This document shows, in pieces, positions 50,270 to 58,292 of a stretch of DNA of 64,000 nt. The DNA is from an uncultured Clostridia bacterium (GTDB taxonomy: Bacteria; Bacillota; Clostridia; TANB77; CAG-508). Every line of letters starts with the position of its first letter. Position 1 is the stretch's first letter. Location of the stretch: contig OZ006973.1 of NCBI GenBank assembly GCA_963931085.1, positions 1,568,053 through 1,632,052 of the forward strand. Direction: 5' to 3'. A model generated the notes under the pieces. That model was not told where the DNA came from, did no database searches, and saw nothing but the letters and a program-made list of their open reading frames with translations. The position numbers and the translations under genes were made by a program.

Positions 50270-50566
50270 TTAAACATTTGCTTTAGCAATTTTTCTATTT
50301 ATTTTATCAATTGCTATATTGCACAATTCTCCAAAGATTTTTTCATCTGTAACTTTATCAAAATATCTATCATAAACCTTATATATGAATTCAGTAGTAG
50401 AGAAACTATATTTAATATCATTTAAATTATAATTCTTATCTTCCATTTCTGACTTATTAACGATGAAATAATATTTTCTTCCTTTATATTGAAGACAATC
50501 AATTATACAAAATTCCTTTCCTTCATATGTAGTTTCAGCAAATCTTTTATCCCCTGAATTTACCAT
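50270..50566 (-). CDS. Small protein, paralog 2 (DUF1292-like pattern)
   Basis: 98 aa with the core TYEGKEFCIIDCLQYKGRKYYFIV ... EFIYKVYDRYFDKVTDEKIFGEL. Confidence 0.55.
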   Translation of the reverse strand: MVNSGDKRFAETTYEGKEFCIIDCLQYKGRKYYFIVNKSEMEDKNYNLNDIKYSFSTTEFIYKVYDRYFDKVTDEKIFGELCNIAIDKINRKIAKANV

Positions 50567-50667
50567 ACTTTTTTTGGCTCCTTTCTCAAATATTATTTTT
50601 ATCTTTCGTTTTAAAAATCTGTACTATGAAGAGAAAAGGAAGATTGTTCCTTCACTCTATATAAGCA

Positions 50668-50982
50668 TTATTTTTTCAAATTATCATATAAGCCTTTAAA
50701 ATATTTATTTTCTTGTAAAAATATTCTTTTAGTAGCTTCTTTTGACAATTCTTTATATAATTGATCATCATCTACTGTTTGATAATACTTATCTTCAACT
50801 TCATATATGAAATTAACTTCAACTTCTTTATTACCATAATCTTCAATATTATCTTTTCCTTCTTCATAAATATCTTCCATTATGTAATAATATTTTTTTC
50901 CTTTATATTCAAAGAAGTCTATTATAAAATACTCTTTTTCTCCATATTTTATTTTTACAAAATTACTATTTTTAAATTCCAT
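50668..50982 (-). CDS. Small protein, paralog 1 (DUF1292-like pattern), translationally close-coupled to giant B
   Basis: 104 aa with the core KYGEKEYFIIDFFEYKGKKYYYIM ... NFIYEVEDKYYQTVDDDQLYKEL. AAGGAG lies 8 nt before the ATG, within the 17 nt after the giant-B stop. Confidence 0.6.
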   Translation of the reverse strand: MEFKNSNFVKIKYGEKEYFIIDFFEYKGKKYYYIMEDIYEEGKDNIEDYGNKEVEVNFIYEVEDKYYQTVDDDQLYKELSKEATKRIFLQENKYFKGLYDNLKK

Positions 50983-50999
50983 ATATCTTTCTCCTTTGT

Positions 51000-53900
51000 T
51001 TATCTATCTTCTCCTTGATCACGATCTTGATCATTATTCTCTTGGTTGTCACGTTCTTGATCATTGTCTCTTTGTTCTTCTTGTCCTCTTGAAGCATTTT
51101 CTCTTCTTCTAATATCTTCACCAAAAGCAGCATTTCCCATTGTTGCTCCTAATACTACTGCTGCTGGGATAACTGAAGAATCTATTGCAATATTGAAGTC
51201 ACCAATATGACTAGCTGATTGAATTGTTCCAGAAACTGTTGGAACTGTAATTGATTGTGCTGCATTTTGTAATAAGTTATTTAAGTTACCTCTTTGAGCT
51301 AGTGCTTCTCTAGTTACATCTACCATAGATTGATATGTTGATGAATATTGTGATCCACTATTTATAGCTTGTTGTAATACTCCCATTTGATATTGCATAC
51401 TACTTACAATTTCTGGTTCAATTGTATTTTGATTAAATTGTAATATAGTATTTATAGCACCTTGGAAGTTACCAGCTTGTGCTAAAGCATCTGCTTGTTG
51501 TACTGCTGATAAATATTGAGAATTCATTTGTTCAACCATTTGGTGAACTTGAGCATCCTTTGCGAAATCCCATGCTCCACCAGCTACTTGGTTAGCAGAT
51601 ACTGTAAATGAATCATGATATCTAGCTAAAAGTCCTTGTATATTTCCATCTGTAACTGTCTTAAACGCTTCGTATGTACCCTGATCTGGAGTAGCAGTTT
51701 GACTATATGATTTTATTTGATTTAGTGCATTTTGATAGTCTTGCTCTACTTGTAAATTATTTTGATTTACCTGGTCTAGATGAGTATTATGAGCTGCATG
51801 TTCTTGGTCTAATCTAAGTTGTTCAGATGCAATTTTATTATTTTGTATCATTGCATTAGCAAAGTTAACTACTGCTGCAGTTAATGCTACATTTGCCATA
51901 ATTTGACGAGATCTTGTATCATCTCTATCAGAAGGAATAACAGTTGTTTTTTCACGTTGTGCTTTTCCTCTTGTAATTACTATTGGACCGAAATGTTTAG
52001 TTTCAGTATTTTTTTCAAGTGATTGAACCATTTCAAATTCTTGGTCTCTTGCTGTTTGTTCATCTCCTCTTCCTCTCGCTTCTCTAACCATATCATGTCT
52101 TTCTGCCATTTCTTCAATTAAATCTCTGTTATCTGGATTTGTTTTTGCAAATAATTTGAAGAAAGGAAATGTTGGTCCATAATTATCTCTATTTCTACTT
52201 TTATTAAACATAGCTCTTTCAACAGCTTTATATTGTTCTACTACTTTTCTTTCTGTTAAAGATTCAGCAGAAATATCTCTACTAGAATAAGCATTTCTTT
52301 CTTGTCTCATTGCTTGGTAATTAGCAATCATTCGATCTAATTGTTCTCTTGTAAATACGCCTGCATTAATTAAATCATTTTCCATTCCCTCGATTTCTGC
52401 TATTGTTGCCCTATCACAGTATGTCTTATCACTCAATAATAATTTAGCATCTTCTGCATTAAATTGTCTTCCATTTACTTGAACTCTATTTCCAACTGTA
52501 TTTGCTACTGCTTCTCTAGCCTCTGTCATTCTTTGATCTATTTCTTCTGCTTTTTGTTGATTTACCGCTCTATAGTTATCAGAGAATTCAACTCTATCTG
52601 AAGTCTCTTCCCCTAAAACTTCCATAACAGCTTGCATGTATAAATCGTTTAATTTATATTGTCTTGCTGTACTTTCATGAACTAATCCATACATATTCTG
52701 TCCATTTGGTCCAGGCTCACCATTTAATAATACATTCCATTCATCTGGATGGTTATCACGTAAGTCTCTTAAATTAGCACACATTTCTTGGAATTGATTT
52801 TCTGTTTTTTTATTTCCGATTGCATTAATTGCTTTAGCTCCTAATTTTACTGGAAGCATTACAGCAGTAACAGGTAATCCAAGCCATCCAATACCTCCAT
52901 CCTTTATAGATGTTGGTCCCAATTTTGCATGAGCTAAGTTTCTAAGTGTAATTGCTCTAGATGTTGCTTGAGGTCCATCATAAGATGTATCAGCTACAAT
53001 TCTCCAGAATCCTCTAGTTGTCAAATCATGTTTATGTCCATCATCGTCATCATCGTGTCCATGTCCATCATCGTCATCATCATGTCCATGTCCGTCATCG
53101 TCATCATCATGTCCATGTCCATCATCGTCATCATCATGTCCATGTCCATCATCGTCATCATCGTGTCCATGTCCATCATCGTCATCATCGTGTCCATGTC
53201 CATCATCGTCATCATCATGTCCATGTCCATCATCGTCATCATCATGTCCATGTCCGTCATCGTCATCATCGTGTCCATGTCCATCATCGTCATCATCATG
53301 TCCATGTCCATCATCATCATGTGTACGGTCAACAGGAACTCTTTCTGTTACTCTTTCTCTAGTTAATGATTCTAACTCGGAAATTATATTGTTTAACTGT
53401 TCTAATCTTCTACGCTCTGCATCTGTTAAAGGAGCACGATTTTGATTCCCCTCTAATTGTTGTCTTTCTTCTTCTAATCTAGCAATTTGTTCTCTTATTG
53501 AATTTAATCTATCTTGTAATGTATTTACATCTTCATTTACAGTAACATTTTGAGGTGACTCATTTAATAAATCAATTGCAGCTGAATAGCTACTTTCACT
53601 TCTTCTTAATTCTTCTAATTGCCTATCTATTTCTTCTCTTCTTTGAGCCTCTCTATCTTGAGTATTATCTCCTCTTTGATTAATTTCTCTTAATCCTTCT
53701 CTTAATTCTTGGAATTCATCTATTTCATTATCATCTAATTGATTTTGAATTGCATGTTCATCTTCATTTTCTATTCCTTCTAATTCTGGAACTACTCTAC
53801 CTAAAACTTGTGCCATCATTATTCTTAATTCTGCTTTTCTTGCAGGAGTAGTTGAATCATTATTAAATTCTTCTCTTAATTCTTGGAATCTATCAATTTC

Positions 53901-56531
53901 GTTATCATCTAATTGATTTTGAATTGCATGCTCGTCTTCGTTTTCTATTCCATCTAATTCTGGAACTTCTCTACCTAAAATTTGTGACATCCTGTATCTT
54001 ATTGCTTGTGCTCTTATTCTATCTTCTGGAGATAATTCAGGAGAATCATTCGTATTTTCTCCGTTTGCTCTGGCTAGAAGTGCATCTCTTTCTGCTCTAT
54101 ACTCTTCTAACCTTCTATCTACTTCTGAAGCTTCTACATATGGTCTTTCATCAGATGTTCTACTTAATAAATCTCTAAGTTCTGGTAAAACATCATTTGC
54201 TCTTTGAATATCTGCTTCTGATACCTGTTCTGTCTCTCTTTCTGTTGTAATTGTGTATTGATATGTAGACATTAACATAGTTAAACGTCTCTTTGTATCA
54301 TCTGATACATTTTCTAAGCTATTTATATATTCAGCTTCTTGTTCTGGAGTACGAGTAATATCTGCATTTATTAGATTGTCTCTTTCTCTTGTTAAAGTAT
54401 CAATTTCAGCTTGCATTCCATCAAGTTCCGCTCTTTCTTCCTCTGTAAGTTCAGGTTGATTTCTTGTAACTCTTACAAGTCTTATTGGAGTAACAACTCC
54501 ATCATCCATTCCTTCAGCTCCATCTCTTACTTCAACATCATAATTATTAATATTTTCATTAATCTCTTCTTCAGACATATTCATTTCTTGTCTTAATATA
54601 GCTCTTACTAAATCTTGTCCTTGTAGTCTTCCATTTCCATATGTCTCAATATAAAGATTATCCATTCCTTCAACAGGTTCTCTTGTCTCTGTTTCTCTTG
54701 ATCCTGGTTCAATTGTTCTCGTTCTAACTACTATACTTCTTGAAAGAGGTCCATCATCATATAAACCATTTGCGTCTTCTACAGTCTCCATAGAATATTC
54801 ATTTATTGTTCTATCTATTTCTTCGTCTGATATTCCATTTTGTCTTAACACTGTTCTTATAAAATCTTCATCTGATATTCTAGGAAAATTATTTATATCT
54901 AAATCAGTTTGGACTTCTTCTCTAATAGTTCTAGGTGACGTTTCTATTTCATTTCTTCTTGCTTCTAAAGCATTTCTTCTCTCTTCAATTAAATTATCTA
55001 ATTCTCTAGTTCTATTATTTACTATTTCTTGGTATTGTCTTGAATTTTGAAGATCTAACAAACGAGTTCTTTCATCTGTAGATAAATCACTTCTAGATAA
55101 TTCTTGATTAATTCTATCTTGGTCATATGATAAATCTTCTGGTAAGTTAGAATTACTATTAGCTTCTCTTTCAGCTCTTTGTCTATTTATCTCTTGATAT
55201 CTTCTAGCATCTTCTCTACTTATTGTAGTAAGTACTGGTTCTCTTCTAGTTTGATTTGCTAAAACACCTTCATAATAATTAATTCTATCTTGAATAGTTT
55301 GTCTTGTAACAACTTCAATTTCTCTATTCTCATATTCTTGTTCAGTTTCTTGAGAAGAATCACCTGTAGTACCTTCTGCTGATGTATCTGTAGCTTCTTG
55401 TTCTGGTTCTTCTGCTTGTCTTCTTTCTTCTTCTCTTTCTTCTTCAACTTGTCTATCAACATCTTTTGATAAACCTTGAATTAATCTGTTTACAACAGCT
55501 TTATCTTCATCTGATAATTCATCAAGTCCAAGCATATTTTGAAGTCTAACAAGCATTAATCTTTTATCTCTTATTGTTCCAGAATATGCTCTAAAGTTTC
55601 CATCTCTATCATATCTAAATCCAACTGTTGAACTAAGCATTGATTGAAGATCTGTTTCTTGTACTCTTGAAACTAGAACACCTGCTCTTACACCAAAATT
55701 ATCAGTTCTTCTTTTTTCTTCAGGAGATGTTGTTCTATCTACTTCTCCTATCTCTTGAATTCTTCTATGTAAATCAGCATAATTTTCATATCTAACTTCG
55801 CCTTCACTTGCTGTTAATTCTTCTCTTACTCTATCATTTTCAGTTCTATCATTTGTAGCTATATCTCTTGCAATATCGTTTCTCATTCTTGGTAAAAATG
55901 ATTCTACATAAGTTCTTACTTCTGGAGTTAATCTATCTGTTTGCAATAAATCATTTATTCTATTAGCAATTACTGTTCTATTACGTACAGATCCTGTAAC
56001 ACTTACTCTTCCTTCTTCGTCCATTACGAAGTTTACAGGTCTATTTGTTAAAGGATATTCATATGTTCCATTATTATTATCTATACCATTTTCTCTATTC
56101 CCAGATCTTTCTGCCATTTCAGATAAATTAGTAACTAATTCATCATATTCTCTATTTGCAGTCTCTTGAACTCTTTCTGCCCTTGAAACAGCTTCATCTA
56201 ATGATCTAAGTAATGTGTCTATTGTATCATCTATTCTATTATCTTCATCTGTTCTTTCTTCAGTACTTGTTCTTCTTCTATCTCTTAAATCTCTTAAAGA
56301 TCTTGCTAAATCTCTTTTACCATTAGTTGGTCCTAATGCTGTAATTTGATTATCTGCTCCCACTTTAAATTTTACTTCTCTTGGGAAAGTGCTTCTATAA
56401 GAAGTAGCTTCAATTTTTGTAACTGAATTGTTTAAACTTCTTCTTATTTCTCCTATGTCACTTGCTCTTCCTACTGTTGATATATAACCTCTAACTGCTG
56501 CTAATAATCTTTCATCGGAAATATTTGCCAT
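51000..56531 (-). CDS. Giant orphan protein B (1843 aa). It has an Arg/Glu/Asp-rich repetitive N-terminal 1070 aa, a DDDDDGHGH tandem array, hydrophobic segments, a Gln/Asn/Ala-rich helical C-region and an acidic tail.
   Basis: This is a long uninterrupted ORF. AGGAGG lies 8-9 nt before the ATG at 56531, and a strong promoter lies upstream. There is no signal peptide. Internal repeats are described in the findings. Confidence 0.8.
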   Translation of the reverse strand: MANISDERLLAAVRGYISTVGRASDIGEIRRSLNNSVTKIEATSYRSTFPREVKFKVGADNQITALGPTNGKRDLARSLRDLRDRRRTSTEERTDEDNRIDDTIDTLLRSLDEAVSRAERVQETANREYDELVTNLSEMAERSGNRENGIDNNNGTYEYPLTNRPVNFVMDEEGRVSVTGSVRNRTVIANRINDLLQTDRLTPEVRTYVESFLPRMRNDIARDIATNDRTENDRVREELTASEGEVRYENYADLHRRIQEIGEVDRTTSPEEKRRTDNFGVRAGVLVSRVQETDLQSMLSSTVGFRYDRDGNFRAYSGTIRDKRLMLVRLQNMLGLDELSDEDKAVVNRLIQGLSKDVDRQVEEEREEERRQAEEPEQEATDTSAEGTTGDSSQETEQEYENREIEVVTRQTIQDRINYYEGVLANQTRREPVLTTISREDARRYQEINRQRAEREANSNSNLPEDLSYDQDRINQELSRSDLSTDERTRLLDLQNSRQYQEIVNNRTRELDNLIEERRNALEARRNEIETSPRTIREEVQTDLDINNFPRISDEDFIRTVLRQNGISDEEIDRTINEYSMETVEDANGLYDDGPLSRSIVVRTRTIEPGSRETETREPVEGMDNLYIETYGNGRLQGQDLVRAILRQEMNMSEEEINENINNYDVEVRDGAEGMDDGVVTPIRLVRVTRNQPELTEEERAELDGMQAEIDTLTRERDNLINADITRTPEQEAEYINSLENVSDDTKRRLTMLMSTYQYTITTERETEQVSEADIQRANDVLPELRDLLSRTSDERPYVEASEVDRRLEEYRAERDALLARANGENTNDSPELSPEDRIRAQAIRYRMSQILGREVPELDGIENEDEHAIQNQLDDNEIDRFQELREEFNNDSTTPARKAELRIMMAQVLGRVVPELEGIENEDEHAIQNQLDDNEIDEFQELREGLREINQRGDNTQDREAQRREEIDRQLEELRRSESSYSAAIDLLNESPQNVTVNEDVNTLQDRLNSIREQIARLEEERQQLEGNQNRAPLTDAERRRLEQLNNIISELESLTRERVTERVPVDRTHDDDGHGHDDDDDGHGHDDDDDGHGHDDDDDGHGHDDDDDGHGHDDDDDGHGHDDDDDGHGHDDDDDGHGHDDDDDGHGHDDDDDGHGHDDDDDGHKHDLTTRGFWRIVADTSYDGPQATSRAITLRNLAHAKLGPTSIKDGGIGWLGLPVTAVMLPVKLGAKAINAIGNKKTENQFQEMCANLRDLRDNHPDEWNVLLNGEPGPNGQNMYGLVHESTARQYKLNDLYMQAVMEVLGEETSDRVEFSDNYRAVNQQKAEEIDQRMTEAREAVANTVGNRVQVNGRQFNAEDAKLLLSDKTYCDRATIAEIEGMENDLINAGVFTREQLDRMIANYQAMRQERNAYSSRDISAESLTERKVVEQYKAVERAMFNKSRNRDNYGPTFPFFKLFAKTNPDNRDLIEEMAERHDMVREARGRGDEQTARDQEFEMVQSLEKNTETKHFGPIVITRGKAQREKTTVIPSDRDDTRSRQIMANVALTAAVVNFANAMIQNNKIASEQLRLDQEHAAHNTHLDQVNQNNLQVEQDYQNALNQIKSYSQTATPDQGTYEAFKTVTDGNIQGLLARYHDSFTVSANQVAGGAWDFAKDAQVHQMVEQMNSQYLSAVQQADALAQAGNFQGAINTILQFNQNTIEPEIVSSMQYQMGVLQQAINSGSQYSSTYQSMVDVTREALAQRGNLNNLLQNAAQSITVPTVSGTIQSASHIGDFNIAIDSSVIPAAVVLGATMGNAAFGEDIRRRENASRGQEEQRDNDQERDNQENNDQDRDQGEDR
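53034..53321 (-). repeat. In-frame 27-bp tandem repeat, 10 full units plus truncated ends, encoding (DDDDDGHGH)n
   Basis: Units start at 53040 and recur every 27 bp to 53309. The copies differ only at CAC/CAT and GAT/GAC third positions. Confidence 0.95.
53697..53989 (-). repeat. Tandem duplication with a 174-bp period inside giant B. About 119 bp of each copy is highly similar.
   Basis: Copy 1 is 53697-53815 and copy 2 is 53871-53989. They encode VPELEGIENEDEHAIQNQLDDNEIDEFQELRE and VPELDGIENEDEHAIQNQLDDNEIDRFQELRE. Confidence 0.85.
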
Positions 56532-56567
56532 ATTTCTTTTTCCTCCTCACAATAAATCACTAACTCC

Positions 56568-56610
56568 ATTATACCAATATTGCAACATTTTTTCAATATT
56601 TATGTAAACT
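56568..56610 (-). promoter_or_regulatory. Strong sigma-A-type promoter with an upstream TTTACATAAA dyad (giant-B operon)
   Basis: The minus strand reads AGTTTACATAAATATTGAAA, a 17-nt spacer, then TGgTATAAT. The -35 is at 56591-56596 and the -10 at 56568-56573. Confidence 0.65.
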
Positions 56611-56884
56611 TTTTGTTAGATAATTCTCCTTTATATCATAATTAATTTGATTTTAACAATAAAATATATTTTTTTCAACTTTTTTTCAAAATTTATTTTA
56701 TTTTTAATCTATTCGTCATAATATTGTAATATATGATTTTTTTATTAAGAGTATATCCTATAAAATCTTTTTTTATGACAATGCAATATTAATAATTTTT
56801 TTTAATTTCACTTTGCAAAGTTATTAATCATTGTTAATATTTTATAATATTATGTTAACTCTTGTAAAGTTAATAATTTTAATA

Positions 56885-56911
56885 TTAATTATAAGTTCTG
56901 CTTATAATTAA
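56885..56911. other. Perfect 11-bp inverted repeat with a 5-nt spacer, next to the trmFO terminator
   Basis: The arms are ttaattataag (56885-56895) and cttataattaa (56901-56911). Confidence 0.6.
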
Positions 56912-56915
56912 TATA

Positions 56916-56951
56916 ATAAAAAAATTCTATTAATACATTATTAATAGAATT
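56916..56951 (-). terminator. Intrinsic terminator of trmFO
   Basis: A 13-bp stem, aattctattaata (56923-56935) / tattaatagaatt (56939-56951), has a 3-nt loop. A T7 run follows on the minus strand. Confidence 0.7.
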
Positions 56952-56971
56952 CATAAAAAAGCTTAAATATT

Positions 56972-58276
56972 CTAAATATTTTTAATTTTTTCTCTTAAAA
57001 TATTAATAGATCTTTCAGACATTTTTTCATATCTTTCCATCTTATCTTTTATTTTCATTTCAAGTGGTGGTAATATTCCAAAATTAGCATTCATTGGTTG
57101 GAATTTATCATTTTCTGTTGAAATATATTTTGAAAGAGCCCCTATCATATTTTCTCTATCAAATGTTAATCTTTCTTTTCCGTTCAATTTGTTTGCAAGA
57201 TTAATTGCTGAAACAAGTCCTGAGGCAATAGATTCCACATATCCTTCAACACCTGTGATTTGCCCTGCAAAATATATTTTTTCATTATTTTTCATACAAT
57301 ATGTTTCGTCAAGTAATTTTGTAGAATTAATAAATGTATTTCTATGCATTACACCATATTTCACAAACTCTGCATTTTTAAGTCCTGGTATCATAGAAAA
57401 AACTCTTTTTTGTTCTCCATATTTTAGATTAGTTTGAAATCCTACCATATTGTATAAAGTTTTTGCACTATTATCTTGTCTTAATTGAACTATAGCATAT
57501 GGTCTTTTCTCTGTTCTAGGATCTAAAAATCCTACTGGTTTTAATGGTCCGTATCTTAATGTATCTTCTCCTCTTTTTGCCATAACTTCAACTGGCATAC
57601 ATCCTTCAAAAATTTCTCTTTTTTCAAACTCATGTAAAGTTACAACATCCGCATTTATAAGCTCATTATAAAAAGTTTTATATTCTTCCTCATTCATAGG
57701 CAAATTTATATATGAACTATCTCCTTTACCATATCTATCTCCGTAAAAAGCTATATTCATATCTATTGAATCTTTTTCTATAATTGGAGCTGCTGCATCA
57801 TAAAAATGAAGAGAATCTTCTTTTATAAGATTTTGAATCTCTTTATATAGCACATCTGAAGTTAATGGTCCTGTTGCTATAATTGTATACTCGTCTACAT
57901 CTATATTTGTTACTTCTTCTCTTATAATTTCAATATTATCAATCTTTTCTATTTCTTGTGTAACTCTTTTTGAAAAAAGTTCTCTATCTACTGCTAGTGC
58001 TTGCCCTGCAGGGACTTTTACTTCATCTGCTATGTGAATTAAAAGAGAACCTAGCATTCTAAGTTCTTCCTTTAATAATCCGCATGCATTAGTCTTTAGA
58101 TTAGACTTAAACGAATTACTACATACAATCTCTGCTAGATTCTCATCACTATGTGCAGGAGAAAACTTCTTTGGTTTCATTTCATATAGTTTAACTTTTA
58201 TTCCTCTTTTTGATAATTGATATGCTGCTTCACATCCAGCAAGTCCAGCACCAATTACTTTTACTATTTTCTCCAC
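56972..58276 (-). CDS. trmFO: Methylenetetrahydrofolate--tRNA-(uracil54-C5)-methyltransferase TrmFO (GTG start)
   Basis: 434 aa with the FAD motif VIGAGLAGCEAAYQL and conserved CSNS. Confidence 0.92.
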   Translation of the reverse strand: MEKIVKVIGAGLAGCEAAYQLSKRGIKVKLYEMKPKKFSPAHSDENLAEIVCSNSFKSNLKTNACGLLKEELRMLGSLLIHIADEVKVPAGQALAVDRELFSKRVTQEIEKIDNIEIIREEVTNIDVDEYTIIATGPLTSDVLYKEIQNLIKEDSLHFYDAAAPIIEKDSIDMNIAFYGDRYGKGDSSYINLPMNEEEYKTFYNELINADVVTLHEFEKREIFEGCMPVEVMAKRGEDTLRYGPLKPVGFLDPRTEKRPYAIVQLRQDNSAKTLYNMVGFQTNLKYGEQKRVFSMIPGLKNAEFVKYGVMHRNTFINSTKLLDETYCMKNNEKIYFAGQITGVEGYVESIASGLVSAINLANKLNGKERLTFDRENMIGALSKYISTENDKFQPMNANFGILPPLEMKIKDKMERYEKMSERSINILREKIKNI

Positions 58277-58292
58277 TTTTCACCTCTACAAA

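Noticed and set aside
53034-53321. A possible CRISPR array, suggested by regularly spaced 27-bp repeats.
   Set aside because: The repeats are directly abutting with no spacers. They are in frame within a long coding sequence, and no cas genes are present in the window.
52968-53366. Three extra ORFs through the 27-bp repeat: plus strand 52968..53366 and 53018..53362, and minus strand 53021..53332. They encode poly(MSIIVII), poly(HRHHHV) and poly(MMTMMDMD).
   Set aside because: They are alternative-frame and antisense readings of the same tandem repeat inside the 1843-aa ORF. Repeats keep all frames open by construction. There are no start signals.
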